Assembly (NCBI GenBank): GCA_024637275.1
Contig: JAGXFS010000068.1
Coordinates: 1-54,618 of the forward strand
Source of the DNA: Acidimicrobiia bacterium
Lineage (GTDB): Bacteria > Actinomycetota > Acidimicrobiia > Spongiisociales > JAENVV01
Direction: 5' to 3'
DNA length: 54,618 nt
Shown: one piece after another, positions 9,426 to 19,583 of the stretch
How positions within the stretch are numbered: position 1 is the stretch's first letter
Layout of the letters: each line of letters starts with the position of its first letter
The notes under the pieces: generated by a model
The model's input: only the letters and a program-made list of their open reading frames with translations
Databases searched by the model: none
What the model was told of the DNA's origin: nothing
Made by a program: the position numbers and the translations under genes

Positions 9426-10844
9426 ATGCGTCGACTGAACACGGTTCTACTGGCAGCTTTCGTTGTGCTTGCACTGTTCGCTACGACGGTCGCCGCACAA
9501 CCCGTGACACCAACCGGTACGTTCCAGGATGACAATGGCAACGTCCACGAGGCCGATATCGAAGCGATTGCCGAGGCCGGGGTGACGGTCGGGTGTAATC
9601 CTCCGGCGAGCGATCTGTACTGCCCCACCGCTTCGGTCACACGCCAACAAATGGCCTCGTTTATCAAGCGGGCGATCACTCTGGCGCCGTCTGCGGTGGA
9701 CGCGTTCACCGACGACGCCGGATCAATACACGAGAACGATATCAACGCGATCGCGGCCGCCGGCATCACCTTCGGATGCAACCCGCCGACGAACGATCGG
9801 TTCTGCCCAACCAGTCCCGTTACCCGGGCCCAAATGGCCTCTTTCCTGGTGCGAGGATTCGGCGTCGCTCCTTCGGCGGTTGATGCCTTCGCAGATGACA
9901 CAGGGCTCGTGCATGAAGCAGATATCAACGCGATCGCCGCCGCGGGTATCACGTTCGGATGTAATCCCCCTGCCAACGATCAGTTTTGCCCGACCGGACT
10001 GGTAACCCGGGCTCAGATGGCGTCGTTTCTGACGAGAGCGATGGATTTAACACCGCTGCCGCCACCGTCGGTGAGTGAAGCGAACCTGGCTCGAGTCTTC
10101 TTCTTCCTTGATCAGCCGACTGGCGGACCTTTCCTGGCCACCACCGCCCGTTATGGTCACGATCCGGTCACACCAGAACTGGCGGTCGATCATCTCCTGA
10201 CCGGTCCAACCGATGCCGAGAAGGCTCAGACTCCATCGTTCTCCTCGACTATTCCTACCGGAGTCGTCCGCAACGGTCCGGTAACCGTGTCAGCCGGGAC
10301 CGCCACCGTTGATCTATCAGAGAACTTCGACGATGGTGGAGGTACCGCCTCGATGACCGGGCGGCTCGCCGAGTTGACGTTCACGCTTACGGCCTTCGAC
10401 ACGATCGACAAGGTCAAGCTGGAGTTGGACGGTGTCCCGGTGACGGTGTTCTCGTCTGAGGGTCTCGTCCTCCCTGTTGATGGACTGGACCGGGCATACT
10501 TCCTTCCGACCATGACAGACCCGCTTGGTGCAGGCGTTGTCGCCGAGGTGAGTCCGGAGAGCCCGGCCTGGTTCGAATTCGTCGAGAGTCCCATCGAGGT
10601 GCGCGGACTGAGCCGTACGTTTGAGGCGACGGTTTCTTGGGCGTTGTTCGACAACGACGGTCTCGAACTTGCGTCGGGGTTCGCGACGACCGGTGGGAGC
10701 GGTCCGGAGTTCGGCGCGATGTCAATCGATATTTCTTACACCGTTCCCGCCCCCGAACTAGGTACGCTTCAGGTTTGGTGGGACTCCCCCAAAGACGGAG
10801 CCGCAACCGATCTACGCGAAGTCGCCGTCTGGCTCATGCCGTAG
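9426..10844 (+). CDS. Secreted protein: 3 SLH-like repeats + GerMN domain + Gmad2 Ig-like domain
   Basis: Signal peptide; 3x FxDD..HE.DI.AIA.AG(I/V)T.GC...CP...VTR.QMASF; GerMN-like LLTGPT.AE...ATVDLS..F..GGG...LTFTLT.F; Gmad2-like VESPIEVRG.SRTFEATV. Confidence 0.8.
   Translation: MRRLNTVLLAAFVVLALFATTVAAQPVTPTGTFQDDNGNVHEADIEAIAEAGVTVGCNPPASDLYCPTASVTRQQMASFIKRAITLAPSAVDAFTDDAGSIHENDINAIAAAGITFGCNPPTNDRFCPTSPVTRAQMASFLVRGFGVAPSAVDAFADDTGLVHEADINAIAAAGITFGCNPPANDQFCPTGLVTRAQMASFLTRAMDLTPLPPPSVSEANLARVFFFLDQPTGGPFLATTARYGHDPVTPELAVDHLLTGPTDAEKAQTPSFSSTIPTGVVRNGPVTVSAGTATVDLSENFDDGGGTASMTGRLAELTFTLTAFDTIDKVKLELDGVPVTVFSSEGLVLPVDGLDRAYFLPTMTDPLGAGVVAEVSPESPAWFEFVESPIEVRGLSRTFEATVSWALFDNDGLELASGFATTGGSGPEFGAMSIDISYTVPAPELGTLQVWWDSPKDGAATDLREVAVWLMP
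9519..10049 (+). repeat. Three intragenic 183-bp (61-aa) tandem repeats encoding SLH-like domains
   Basis: GATATC anchors at 9555, 9738 and 9921 give an exact 183-bp period. Confidence 0.9.
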
Positions 10845-10888
10845 GGCGTCGTCCGTAGCGCAAACCTAATTCGATCAGGAGGCGTGAC

Positions 10889-11054
10889 ATGCAACGGACC
10901 GTCGTCAGAGTGCTGCTCGGGGCAGCGGCTGGGGCTGGGTGACCTGGCGGCGGCCTCGGTGATGACGGTATTTCTGATACCTGGGGGTTTAATTATCGGA
11001 GGTGGGCTTGGCTTCTGGAGGACCCGCCGTCGAAATGCCAGCGTTCAGCCTTAG
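10889..11054 (+). pseudogene. Possible disrupted small membrane protein
   Basis: AGGAGG RBS, then ATG MQRTVVRVLLGAAAGAG*. It continues in another frame as GDLAAASVMTVFLIPGGLIIGGGLGFWRTRRR...*. Confidence 0.35.
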
Positions 11055-11095
11055 CGCTGAAGTGGGACCGCCGGATTCAGGCGGTTCCTTGTAGC

Positions 11096-12257
11096 GTGGC
11101 CCTAATGAACGATCCCTTGATAGCCGGGCGGATGACTTTCGTCGCCGACCATATGTCAATCCTTGGTGCCATTGCCAACCGTTTCGCGAGCGAAAGGCCG
11201 TTCGAGGACATGACGGTAGCCACGCGCATTCATGTTGAACCCAAAACGGGTGTTCTGCTGGAGGCGATGGCGGCCGGGGGTGCTCGAGTTGTCGCGATGG
11301 GCAACAAGGCGACAACCGACGATGGCGTCGCCGAGTACCTTATCGAACGCGGGATCGAAGTTCTTGGCGCCCGGGCTGACGATGACGCCACCATTCAGAG
11401 CCACATGCGCGACCTGGTCGCATCGAAGCCGGACCTGCTCCTCGACAACGGCGCCGAGATCATTGAACTGCTCGTCGCAGCGGGTCAACCAGTCCGCGGA
11501 GCGACCGAAGAGACAACCTCGGGGGCGATCACGCTACGAGGTCCGCTCGCAGGTCGTGTTCCCTTCCCGGTCCTGGTGATCAACGACAGCCCTCTCAAAG
11601 CGATCGTGGAGAACAAACACGGTGTCGGTCAATCAGTCATCGAGTCGATCAGGTCGGCGACCAATCTCCTCCTCCACCGACGGCGGCTCGTAGTTATGGG
11701 GTACGGCTGGTGTGGCAGAGGCATCGCCCAGTACGGCCGCGCTGCGGGAGCTGATGTGGTTGTGGTCGAGCCAGATCCGATCAAAGCACTTGAGGCCGCC
11801 ATAGACGGGTTTCAGGTGTCGACACTCGATATTCAGGCACCGATGGGTCACGTCTTTGTGTCGGCGACCGGGCATCCCGGCGTGATCACCGTTGGTCACA
11901 TGGAGCAGATGAGAACGAACGCCGTGCTGGCGAATGCCGGGCATTTCGACAACGAAATCGACATGATCGCGCTCCGGAGCGTTGCCGAACCGTCTGATCG
12001 AGGAGCCGACATCACCCGGTATCGGTTCCCGACTGGTACGGCCATCGATTGTCATTGCCGAGGGCCGCATGGTCAACCTCGCTGTCACGGGCAGCCGCGG
12101 GAACTCGATCGAGATCATGGACCTCGGGTTCAGTCTCCAAGCGCTATGCCTTGAACGACTAGCGCTCGATCCCGGGAGCTGCCCGAACGGTGACCAACCC
12201 GTTCCGGCCGATATCGACGATTGGGTTGCCGCCGCGATGGTCGAAGAACTCAGCTGA
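11096..12257 (+). pseudogene. ahcY: Adenosylhomocysteinase (short type), frameshifted near 12049 (real lesion or sequencing error)
   Basis: IHVEPKT, LDNGAE, GATEETTSG, INDSPLK..VENKHGVGQS, GYGWCGRG, NAGHFDNEID. The C-terminus VIAEGRMVNLA..GNSIEIMDLGFSLQ is in another frame because of one extra T in GATTGTC. Confidence 0.88.
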
Positions 12258-13035
12258 TCGGTTTCTGCGCCCGGAAGTAGGCCGGACGTAGCTGCCCCTG
12301 ATCGAGGACAACGGTCAGTGCTCGCCAATCCTCGATGAAATGGTCGCGTCGCTCCTGACCAAGTAGATCGGTCATTTTGGCGAACCACTCCCCCCTCATA
12401 CGGCTGTATTCTTGGTGGGCGATGTCCCGGTAGCGCTCGTTGTCATCGTCGCCGGAGATCGACGAAAAGCCAGCCTGGCTCAGCATCGTGAGGTAGTTGT
12501 TCAGGTGGTCCATGGCGTAGTGCAGGCCCTCAAGTTCGAACCAATAGTGCATTTCGGGGGTGTATGGATCGGTGCCTCGCAACCAGTCGTAACCCAGCAG
12601 CCACCCGCCTGGTTTGAGCGTTCGAAAGATCTCCGCAAACAATGCGGGCTTGTTCGCAACGTGGATGATTGCCGCATGGGTAAATACGTGATCGAACCGT
12701 TCGTCGGCAAAGGGCAGCCCGCTTACCTGGCCGAGCTGATAGGAAATGTCGAGCCCGGCGGCGGCCGCCCGGGATTCAGCCCTCTGCAAGAGGGAAGGCT
12801 CCAGGTCTATCCCGGTAACCCTGGCTCCGTGTTCTCTGGTGAGAACGAGGTCGGCGCCTCCGATTCCACAGCCGAGATCGAGTACTTCGGTGCCCGACAG
12901 ATCTACCGCACCGACAGTGCGATGCACACTGGCGGTGCCGCCCGGAGCGAGAAAGCCATCTCCCCAAACCAACTCGAGTAGGCCGACCAGTTCGTCGTCA
13001 TACTCCTCGTCGCCATCCTCTTGGCTGGGCGTCAT
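12250..13035 (-). CDS. Class I SAM-dependent methyltransferase, phosphoethanolamine/glycine-sarcosine N-methyltransferase-like
   Basis: LELVWGDGFLAPGG, VLDLGCGIGG, FDHVF..AIIHV.NK..LF..LKPGG. Start taken at ATG 13035. Confidence 0.8.
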   Translation of the reverse strand: MTPSQEDGDEEYDDELVGLLELVWGDGFLAPGGTASVHRTVGAVDLSGTEVLDLGCGIGGADLVLTREHGARVTGIDLEPSLLQRAESRAAAAGLDISYQLGQVSGLPFADERFDHVFTHAAIIHVANKPALFAEIFRTLKPGGWLLGYDWLRGTDPYTPEMHYWFELEGLHYAMDHLNNYLTMLSQAGFSSISGDDDNERYRDIAHQEYSRMRGEWFAKMTDLLGQERRDHFIEDWRALTVVLDQGQLRPAYFRAQKPIS

Positions 13036-13048
13036 CTCGCTAGGCCAG

Positions 13049-13426
13049 CTATTTCGGTGGCTTCTGCTTCGTCTTTTGCTTGGGCTCTTTCGGGGGCATG
13101 GCGGCGGTGTGCTCCATAGCCCGATGCACCCAGGCATCGACGCGCTCGTCTCTGGTGTCCCGCCACTGGGGAGGCAGAGACACATACTCCTTCATCGGGC
13201 GCCCAGGCGGACCGAACGGTCCCGCCCCCGGTATGGCCAAGAGGTCGGCCCTCGACGGTTCGTCGAGTCGGACTCCGACATCGGAGCCAAAGAGACCACA
13301 GAACATGTTGCCGTTCACGAATGCGGCCAGGTTTCCGAACGTCGGTTTGATGTCGATGCCGGGCAGGGTCTCGACGAGGGAACGGAAGTATTCCTTGTCG
13401 CCTTCGGCGGGCTTGGCGATCTCCAT
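13049..13426 (-). CDS. TfoX/Sxy N-terminal domain protein
   Basis: KPTFGNLAAFVNGNMFCGLFG..VGVRL...PFGPPGRPMKEYVSLP. Confidence 0.85.
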   Translation of the reverse strand: MEIAKPAEGDKEYFRSLVETLPGIDIKPTFGNLAAFVNGNMFCGLFGSDVGVRLDEPSRADLLAIPGAGPFGPPGRPMKEYVSLPPQWRDTRDERVDAWVHRAMEHTAAMPPKEPKQKTKQKPPK

Positions 13427-13481
13427 ATCAGGCCCTCAGTTGGTCGGTTGCTTAGGTTCGAGCCTACTTTGAGAGCGCGAT

Positions 13482-14576
13482 CTAGGCCGGGCCGCGCCGT
13501 TCCAGGTAATAGCGGGTAAAGGCGTGGGCGATGAAGTCTTTGGGTGCGAAGATGCCCTGGGTGAAAGCGCGAGAGTTGACGCCTTTTTGGGCTCGGGAGC
13601 AGATATCGTTGTCCTGGCGGGTCACCAACTCCGTGAAATCAATGACGTGGCTGAGGTCATATTTGGGGTCGTCGAGCGTTTCGGGCGGCACGAGGTATTC
13701 CATGACGATCGTCGTATGTTGGGCGCTGCGTGCAATGAGACGGGTGGTGGTGATCACCGAAGCATTGATATCGAACCAAACGTTCGGGAACACCGCTGCT
13801 CCGTAATACGACTCCTTGTCGAGTTCCGTCATGCCTCCGATGATCGGGAGGTCCGGGGAACCGGCCGGCGCGTAGGCGGTCACTCCGGCGAGCATCGCCA
13901 CTCCCCCGTCGCTTCGGGTCTCGTCTACCACTGACCCGGTTCGATACGTAGGAATGATCTCGACGAGTTCCGGGTGCACGGTCGGACAGTGCAGACATTC
14001 CGAATAGTTCTCAACGAGAATCTTCCAATTGGACTCAACTTCACTCGTCGTCACGGCGGCGATGCGCAGTGATGCGAGATCGAGATGTTCGAAATCGAGC
14101 GGGCTTTCTGGCGTCTCTTTCAGCCACTGCATGAGGGGCGTCGGCTGGGCAGCAAGGCAGACGAAAATGAAGTTCTGCCAGGAGTCAACCGCCACCGGCC
14201 ACAGGGACAGCTGGCTTCGATCGATCTCGTCCACTCCTACCCGCGGGGTTGCGACCAGCGTCCCTTCGAGGGAGTAACTCCAGGCATGGTACGGGCAGGT
14301 GATCGCGCCTCCGAACCCGGAACCGGAGGATTCGCACAGCTGAGAGCCCCGGTGGCGACACACGTTGTAGAACGCCTGAAGCTGCCCGGACTTGTCTCGA
14401 ACGATCAGGACGCTCTCGTTGCCGATGTCGACTACGAGACGATCACCGGGTGCCGACAGGACCTCTTCGCGCCCGGCATACATCCACTCGTTGCTGAAGA
14501 TCGTCTCACACTCGAGTTTGAATATTTCCTCCGAGCGATAGTCGTCGCCCGGGAGTGTGTGCATGGGGGCTGACAT
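13482..14576 (-). CDS. Rieske non-heme iron oxygenase alpha subunit (GbcA/Stc2/choline monooxygenase-like)
   Basis: NVCRHRG...CPYHAW Rieske motif; NWK..ENYSECLHCPTVH and QD iron ligands; AAGGAG RBS before ATG 14576. Confidence 0.9.
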   Translation of the reverse strand: MSAPMHTLPGDDYRSEEIFKLECETIFSNEWMYAGREEVLSAPGDRLVVDIGNESVLIVRDKSGQLQAFYNVCRHRGSQLCESSGSGFGGAITCPYHAWSYSLEGTLVATPRVGVDEIDRSQLSLWPVAVDSWQNFIFVCLAAQPTPLMQWLKETPESPLDFEHLDLASLRIAAVTTSEVESNWKILVENYSECLHCPTVHPELVEIIPTYRTGSVVDETRSDGGVAMLAGVTAYAPAGSPDLPIIGGMTELDKESYYGAAVFPNVWFDINASVITTTRLIARSAQHTTIVMEYLVPPETLDDPKYDLSHVIDFTELVTRQDNDICSRAQKGVNSRAFTQGIFAPKDFIAHAFTRYYLERRGPA

Positions 14577-14614
14577 TATGGTCTCCTTGCTGAGGTCCTG
14601 AGATAGCGGAAGTT

Positions 14615-16204
14615 CTATGGTTTGGCGTCCTTGAGGATCTGCGACGCTGCAAGCTTGCCGGGTGCTCCCATCACGCAGCCGCCTGGGTGCGTGCCAGATC
14701 CACATTGGTAGTAACCCTCGATCGGAGTTCGATACTGGTTCCAACCGGGAGCAGGGCGGAAGAAGAACATCTGCGGCGCGAGGAATTCGCCTCCGAAGAT
14801 ATTGCCCTCCGACAGACCAACGACGCGTTCAATGTCGAGGGGGGTCACGATCTCCCGATGGAGGACCAGGTCGCCAAATCCAGGGAAGTGTGATTCAAGA
14901 ACCGCCTGAACGGTATCGCCAAACTTTTCTCGTTCCGTGTCCCAGTCGGAGCCCTTGAGGTCATAGGGGGCGTACTGGATGAATCCGGACATGACGTGCT
15001 TGCCGGGTGGCGCCATGTCGGGGTCGACGGTCGATTGAAAACACGCATCGATGTAGGGCCGTTGCGAGTACCAACCGTACTTGGCGTCATCGAAAGCTCG
15101 TTCGAGGTAGTCGAGGGAGGGGCCGATGTTTGTGAAGCCGCGAAACTGGTCTGCTCGATCACCGAGGGCCGGGAACTTGGGTAGTCCGTCGAGCGCGAAG
15201 TTCACTTTCGCTGAAGTGCCCTGGAACCTGAATCGGTTGATGTTTTCGACCAGATCAGACGGCAGTTCTCTCGGGTCGACGAGTTCGAGGAAGGTCCGGC
15301 GCGGATCGAGTGCGCTGACGACGATGTTCGCCGAAAACTCGGTCCCGTCTTCGAGTGCGACTCCAGTGGCTTTGCCGTTGCTGGTGATCACCCTCGCAAC
15401 CGGGGACTCGAGACTGATCTCGCCGCCAAATCCCTGGAATGCCCGTGCCAGCACCTGGGTGAATCCGCCGTTCCCGCCTTTGTGGAACGCCCACGACGAT
15501 TGATCGCCATCGTGTTCGCCCATGTAGTGGTACAAGAGCACCAACCCGGAACCCTGCGATCGAGGGCCGACTTTGGTTCCAATGATCCCTGAGGACGACA
15601 GCGTGGCCTTGAGTATTTCACTCTCGAAGTAGTCGTCGAGGAAATCGGCCGCGCTGCCGGTCAACAGTCGTACTGCGTTGTGCAGTACGCGTGGCTCGAG
15701 ATCGCGCATGTGCTGGGCGAGCGACGCCATCCTGACGAGTTCCTCTGGATCGCGGCTAGTGATATCAGGCGGGATGTTATCGAGCAACGGTTTGATCGCC
15801 CGGCAAACCCGGTTGACGTCGTGCGAATACTGGTCGTAGGCGTCGGCATCGTGCTTGGAATGGCGACGGATCTCGGCAATGTTCGCTTGATGGTCTTGCC
15901 CGAGAAGCAGGTAGTTGCCGTCCTCCATCGGAGCAAAGGTCGACTCCATGAGGAGTGGCTTGAAGCCATATTTGACGAGTTCGAGTTCGTGGATGATGTC
16001 GGGCCGCAGCAGACTCAACGCGTACGAGAACGTGGTGAACGAGAAACCCGGATAGAGCTCTTCGGTGATGGCGGCTCCCCCGACGAGATGCCGCCGTTCG
16101 ATCACGAGTGTCTTCAAGCCCGCTTTGGCCAGGTAGGACCCATTTACGAGACCGTTGTGGCCACCTCCCACGATGATTGCGTCGTATGTCCGGTCATTCG
16201 CCAT
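14615..16204 (-). CDS. FAD-dependent oxidoreductase, phytoene desaturase-like/PYROXD2 family
   Basis: DAIIVGGGHNGLV, ERRHLVGGAA, TPLDIER..GL..GNIF, YRTPIEGYYQCGSGTHPGGCVMGAPG. Confidence 0.88.
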   Translation of the reverse strand: MANDRTYDAIIVGGGHNGLVNGSYLAKAGLKTLVIERRHLVGGAAITEELYPGFSFTTFSYALSLLRPDIIHELELVKYGFKPLLMESTFAPMEDGNYLLLGQDHQANIAEIRRHSKHDADAYDQYSHDVNRVCRAIKPLLDNIPPDITSRDPEELVRMASLAQHMRDLEPRVLHNAVRLLTGSAADFLDDYFESEILKATLSSSGIIGTKVGPRSQGSGLVLLYHYMGEHDGDQSSWAFHKGGNGGFTQVLARAFQGFGGEISLESPVARVITSNGKATGVALEDGTEFSANIVVSALDPRRTFLELVDPRELPSDLVENINRFRFQGTSAKVNFALDGLPKFPALGDRADQFRGFTNIGPSLDYLERAFDDAKYGWYSQRPYIDACFQSTVDPDMAPPGKHVMSGFIQYAPYDLKGSDWDTEREKFGDTVQAVLESHFPGFGDLVLHREIVTPLDIERVVGLSEGNIFGGEFLAPQMFFFRPAPGWNQYRTPIEGYYQCGSGTHPGGCVMGAPGKLAASQILKDAKP

Positions 16205-16213
16205 GTTGGATCC

Positions 16214-17410
16214 TCACGCAGTCTTGTGGGGTGGGCTATAGAAGGGCATCTGGGTGGTAGTGGCTTTGACTTGCTGCCACTTGTGATTGATGGTGACTTC
16301 GAGGTTGACCTGGTGACCGGGTGTGCTCAACTCGGGAAGCACCCGGGCGATGGCGATGTGCCGCTGGACCATCGGTGAGTACATCAGACTGGTTGCATAC
16401 CCAACCGGCTCTGCCGCGTCGTCATACAGGATCGACTCGTAGGCGCCAGGCAGATGGTCCTTGGGAGGCACCAGACCATTGCGGTCGTAGAGGTTGAACC
16501 AATCTTTCCAGTCGATCAGTAGGCCAGTCAGATGCCAGCGTGAACCGGCCGCGAGTTCGCGCCGGATCGCCTGCCGGCCAATGAAGGGGCGTTCGTTGTC
16601 GTCGATGCTGCGCAACATCCATCCGAGACCTAGTTCTAAAGGTGTTGTGCGGTCCGCGTCGGTCCAGGCATACCGTGACGATGAGAAATCGACATCGATC
16701 AAAACCAGTCCGGCCTCGATGCGGGTCATCAGCAGTGCCGTTTCTCCGAACGGCAGGACGCCGTAGCCGTCGCTGGCGTCGGCCACCGCATCCCAAAGCG
16801 CCAGTGCATTGGCGTTCTCCACCCAGATCTCATAGCCGAGATCACCTGTGAACCCGGTGCGAGACACCGTTACCGGAGCACCACCGATCTTCGTCTCGAT
16901 CGTCTGGAAGTACCGCAAACTCTCGATCTCGGGACTTAGCTTGGTGAGGATCTCTCTCGATTTGGGTCCCTGCAGAGCCAGCGCCGCCACTTCGTCGGAT
17001 ATGTCGTCAATCGTGACATCGAGACGCCCGATCCGATCCTGGAAATAGGCGAGGTTCGGTTCGGCGGCACTGAGGAGGAAGTCGGTTTCGGATTGGCGGA
17101 TCACCACTCCGTCTTCAATGAGATATCCATCATCGTCGCACCAGATCGTGTACTGAGCATGACCGGGCCGGCATTTGCGGATATCCCGGGTCAAGAGCCC
17201 CCCCAGGAACGTCTCCGCATCCCGCCCGTGGATCCGGTATTTGTAAAGGGGCGAGGTGTCGAACATTCCTGCGCTATTGCGAACGGCGAAGTATTCGAAC
17301 TTCTCGGAGAGTTGATACCGCTGCGCAGAAAGGTATCCGGCCCAGTGAGACCAAAGTTGCGTGGTATTGAGCACACTGGTCCGCTCGTGGAAAGGGGTGT
17401 GACGAGCCAT
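16214..17410 (-). CDS. Aminomethyltransferase (GcvT-like, THF-binding) family protein
   Basis: TPFHER, EYFAVRNSAGMFDTS, LQGPKSR, VSRTGFTGDLGYEIW, RIEAG, PFYSP. AGGAGG RBS before ATG 17410. Confidence 0.9.
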   Translation of the reverse strand: MARHTPFHERTSVLNTTQLWSHWAGYLSAQRYQLSEKFEYFAVRNSAGMFDTSPLYKYRIHGRDAETFLGGLLTRDIRKCRPGHAQYTIWCDDDGYLIEDGVVIRQSETDFLLSAAEPNLAYFQDRIGRLDVTIDDISDEVAALALQGPKSREILTKLSPEIESLRYFQTIETKIGGAPVTVSRTGFTGDLGYEIWVENANALALWDAVADASDGYGVLPFGETALLMTRIEAGLVLIDVDFSSSRYAWTDADRTTPLELGLGWMLRSIDDNERPFIGRQAIRRELAAGSRWHLTGLLIDWKDWFNLYDRNGLVPPKDHLPGAYESILYDDAAEPVGYATSLMYSPMVQRHIAIARVLPELSTPGHQVNLEVTINHKWQQVKATTTQMPFYSPPHKTA

Positions 17411-17488
17411 GGACCCTCCTATCGGATGCATTTCAGACAATACTCTTTTTGTTGGACACCCGCTCAACTGGCCAACTACTGTCAAACC

Positions 17489-18247
17489 ATGAGGAGAATG
17501 AATCCGGAAGACCGCCGTGAGGCCATCATCGACGCCGCAATCGAGGTGGCGATCGAAAAAGGCCTCGGCGCTACCACCGTGCGAGACGTTGCAGGCCGCA
17601 TGGGCTCCTCCAGTGGATTGATTCATCACTATTTCGATTCGATGGACCTGGTCCTCGCCGGCGCGTTTCGCAAGGTGGCTGAGAAAGACCTGGCGACGTC
17701 ACGCGATGAACTCGCGGCTCTCGATGACCCGGTTACACAGCTCGCCCATTTCGTAAACACTTACTTCTCTCCTGATCGCGACTCGGCGTTCCAGTTCTGG
17801 CTTGATGCTTGGTCCGAGGCCGGACGCAATGGAGCCCTCCAGCAGGCCTCCAGTTCGCTGAATATCGACTGGCAGCAGACGCTCCTCACGATCATCGAGT
17901 CGGGGGTTGCCTCAGGCGACTTCGAGTGCTCAGATCCGCTTGGCGCGTCCTGGAGTACCATCTCACTCCTCGATGGCCTTGCCCTCCAGATCGTGGCACA
18001 CCGGACGGTGCTCAGCCGCGATCAATCGATCCTGTGGGCTGCAGCAACGATTGAGCGCGACCTCGGCCTGCGGTCTGGCGCTCTCATTCACGAGGCAGCC
18101 CCGTCGGAGCGGCTTCGCCATAATCACTTCAAGATTACTCAAGCCCCTAGAGCCGAACAGAGACCGCCATCGAAACCAAACCGCATGCAAGCGAATAGCG
18201 GGATGGGTGCAGCGCCAAGCGTTGAGACCCGGCCCGGTACTACTTAG
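17489..18247 (+). CDS. TetR family regulator (BetI-like C-terminal domain)
   Basis: RREAIIDAA...GLGATTVRDVA..MGSSSGLIHHYF HTH; WLDAWSEA; LLDGLALQ. Divergent from the GcvT-like gene. Confidence 0.88.
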   Translation: MRRMNPEDRREAIIDAAIEVAIEKGLGATTVRDVAGRMGSSSGLIHHYFDSMDLVLAGAFRKVAEKDLATSRDELAALDDPVTQLAHFVNTYFSPDRDSAFQFWLDAWSEAGRNGALQQASSSLNIDWQQTLLTIIESGVASGDFECSDPLGASWSTISLLDGLALQIVAHRTVLSRDQSILWAAATIERDLGLRSGALIHEAAPSERLRHNHFKITQAPRAEQRPPSKPNRMQANSGMGAAPSVETRPGTT

Positions 18248-18258
18248 GAGGACCTCCC

Positions 18259-19548
18259 ATGGCATTCCATCCCCGGCAGAACTACCACGCGAGCTCGAAA
18301 TCCCAGGGTATGAGCAGACGCGACTTCATCACGCGGGCGGCAGCGATGGGATTGGCGTTCCCAACTCTGTCCGCCTTCCTGGCCGCGTGCGGGGACGGCG
18401 GGGCCACCGATGCAGTCCAGGTGGTCATCGGGTCGCCCGCCAACCCGGTGACCCAACCCCTACTTGACAGCAACCAGATGATCAGTTCTGGTCTGCCTGC
18501 CGAGGCAGGCCCACTGCGTATCTACAACTGGGCGGACTACCTTAACCCGGAGACCATCCCTCTGGCTGAGGAGGCATTGGGTACGTCGATCGAGCTCACT
18601 ACGTTCTTCAACGAAGAAGAAGCCCTCCAAAAGCTGATCTCGGGCGAAGTGAACTTTGACGTGTTCTTCCCGGTTGCTGGCTCAATTCCCAAGGTGGTTG
18701 CCGGCCAACTCATCCAGCCGCTGAATCACGAATACCTGCCCAATCTGTCCAACATCTGGCCGCAACTAGCGGACCCGTTTTACGACAAGGGGAGCCAATA
18801 CACAGTGCCCTATACGGTCTATTCCACCGGGATTGCCTGGCGCAATGACATGGTGGACGACGCCGACGTCACCGGCATCGACAACGCCTGGGACGTTTTC
18901 TGGAACCCGAAGTACGCCGACATTCCGGTAGGTCTCTACGACGACTTCCGGGAAACCCTCGGTGCGGCGCTCTACCGGAACGGTGTCACCGAAGTACACA
19001 ATGCAACCCAGGCGGAAATTGATCAAGCAACGGCCGATCTGATCGAACTCATCGACCTCACCGACATCAAGTACACGATTGACGGGGCCTACGCCGGAAT
19101 CCCGGAAGGCCGCTTCGGCGTCCATATGGCCTGGTCAGGCGACATGGTGTCAGCGCCGTATTACTTCCCGGAGGACGGCGATCCTTCTGTGACTAGGTAC
19201 GCCTGGCCGGCCCAGACTGGCTCCTCGGTTCACGGTCAGATCTCGAGCGACACGATGACAGTCTTGAAAGGCTCCGAGAATCCGGTGCTGGCGCACCAGT
19301 TCCTTAACTTCATGCTCGACGAAGACCAGGCATTGACCAACTTCGGGTGGGTTGGATATCAGCCACCACAAAAGGGCCTCGACGTCGACTATCTCGTTGC
19401 CGATGAGTGGGTACCCGAGTATCTCTCGTCGGCGATCGTGCGGCCAGAGGACTTCAGCGATCCGCGGGCGTCCGTGCCCATCGCGTTGACCGCGGACCAA
19501 GAGGCCAAGCTTCTCGATGCGTGGACGAAGGTGCAGTCGGGCGGATAG
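18259..19548 (+). CDS. Polyamine-type ABC transporter substrate-binding lipoprotein (PotD/PotF-like), Tat-exported
   Basis: SRRDFI Tat motif, LAAC lipobox, LRIYNWADY, YTVPY, AWSGD, LAHQFLNF. Confidence 0.88.
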   Translation: MAFHPRQNYHASSKSQGMSRRDFITRAAAMGLAFPTLSAFLAACGDGGATDAVQVVIGSPANPVTQPLLDSNQMISSGLPAEAGPLRIYNWADYLNPETIPLAEEALGTSIELTTFFNEEEALQKLISGEVNFDVFFPVAGSIPKVVAGQLIQPLNHEYLPNLSNIWPQLADPFYDKGSQYTVPYTVYSTGIAWRNDMVDDADVTGIDNAWDVFWNPKYADIPVGLYDDFRETLGAALYRNGVTEVHNATQAEIDQATADLIELIDLTDIKYTIDGAYAGIPEGRFGVHMAWSGDMVSAPYYFPEDGDPSVTRYAWPAQTGSSVHGQISSDTMTVLKGSENPVLAHQFLNFMLDEDQALTNFGWVGYQPPQKGLDVDYLVADEWVPEYLSSAIVRPEDFSDPRASVPIALTADQEAKLLDAWTKVQSGG

Positions 19549-19583
19549 GTACGTCCATCTCGATGAACAGGTGATCGGACTCG

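Noticed and set aside
9519-10049. Repeats as a possible CRISPR array or mobile repeat
   Set aside because: They have a 183-bp in-frame period, no unique spacers, and encode protein domains.
11040-11095. SAH riboswitch upstream of ahcY
   Set aside because: Only a simple hairpin is present (11064-11088) and I could not see conserved SAH aptamer segments. An Rfam scan would settle it.
13049-13426. TfoX as evidence of a competence system
   Set aside because: Stand-alone TfoX_N proteins are widespread and there are no competence genes nearby.
14615-16204. Carotenoid biosynthesis gene crtI
   Set aside because: There is no crtB/crtE context. The neighbours (GcvT-like, Rieske, Pot ABC) point to amine catabolism.
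18080-18247. Low-complexity ~55-aa C-terminal tail on TetR as an extra domain
   Set aside because: It has no recognisable features and is most likely stop-codon drift or an indel.
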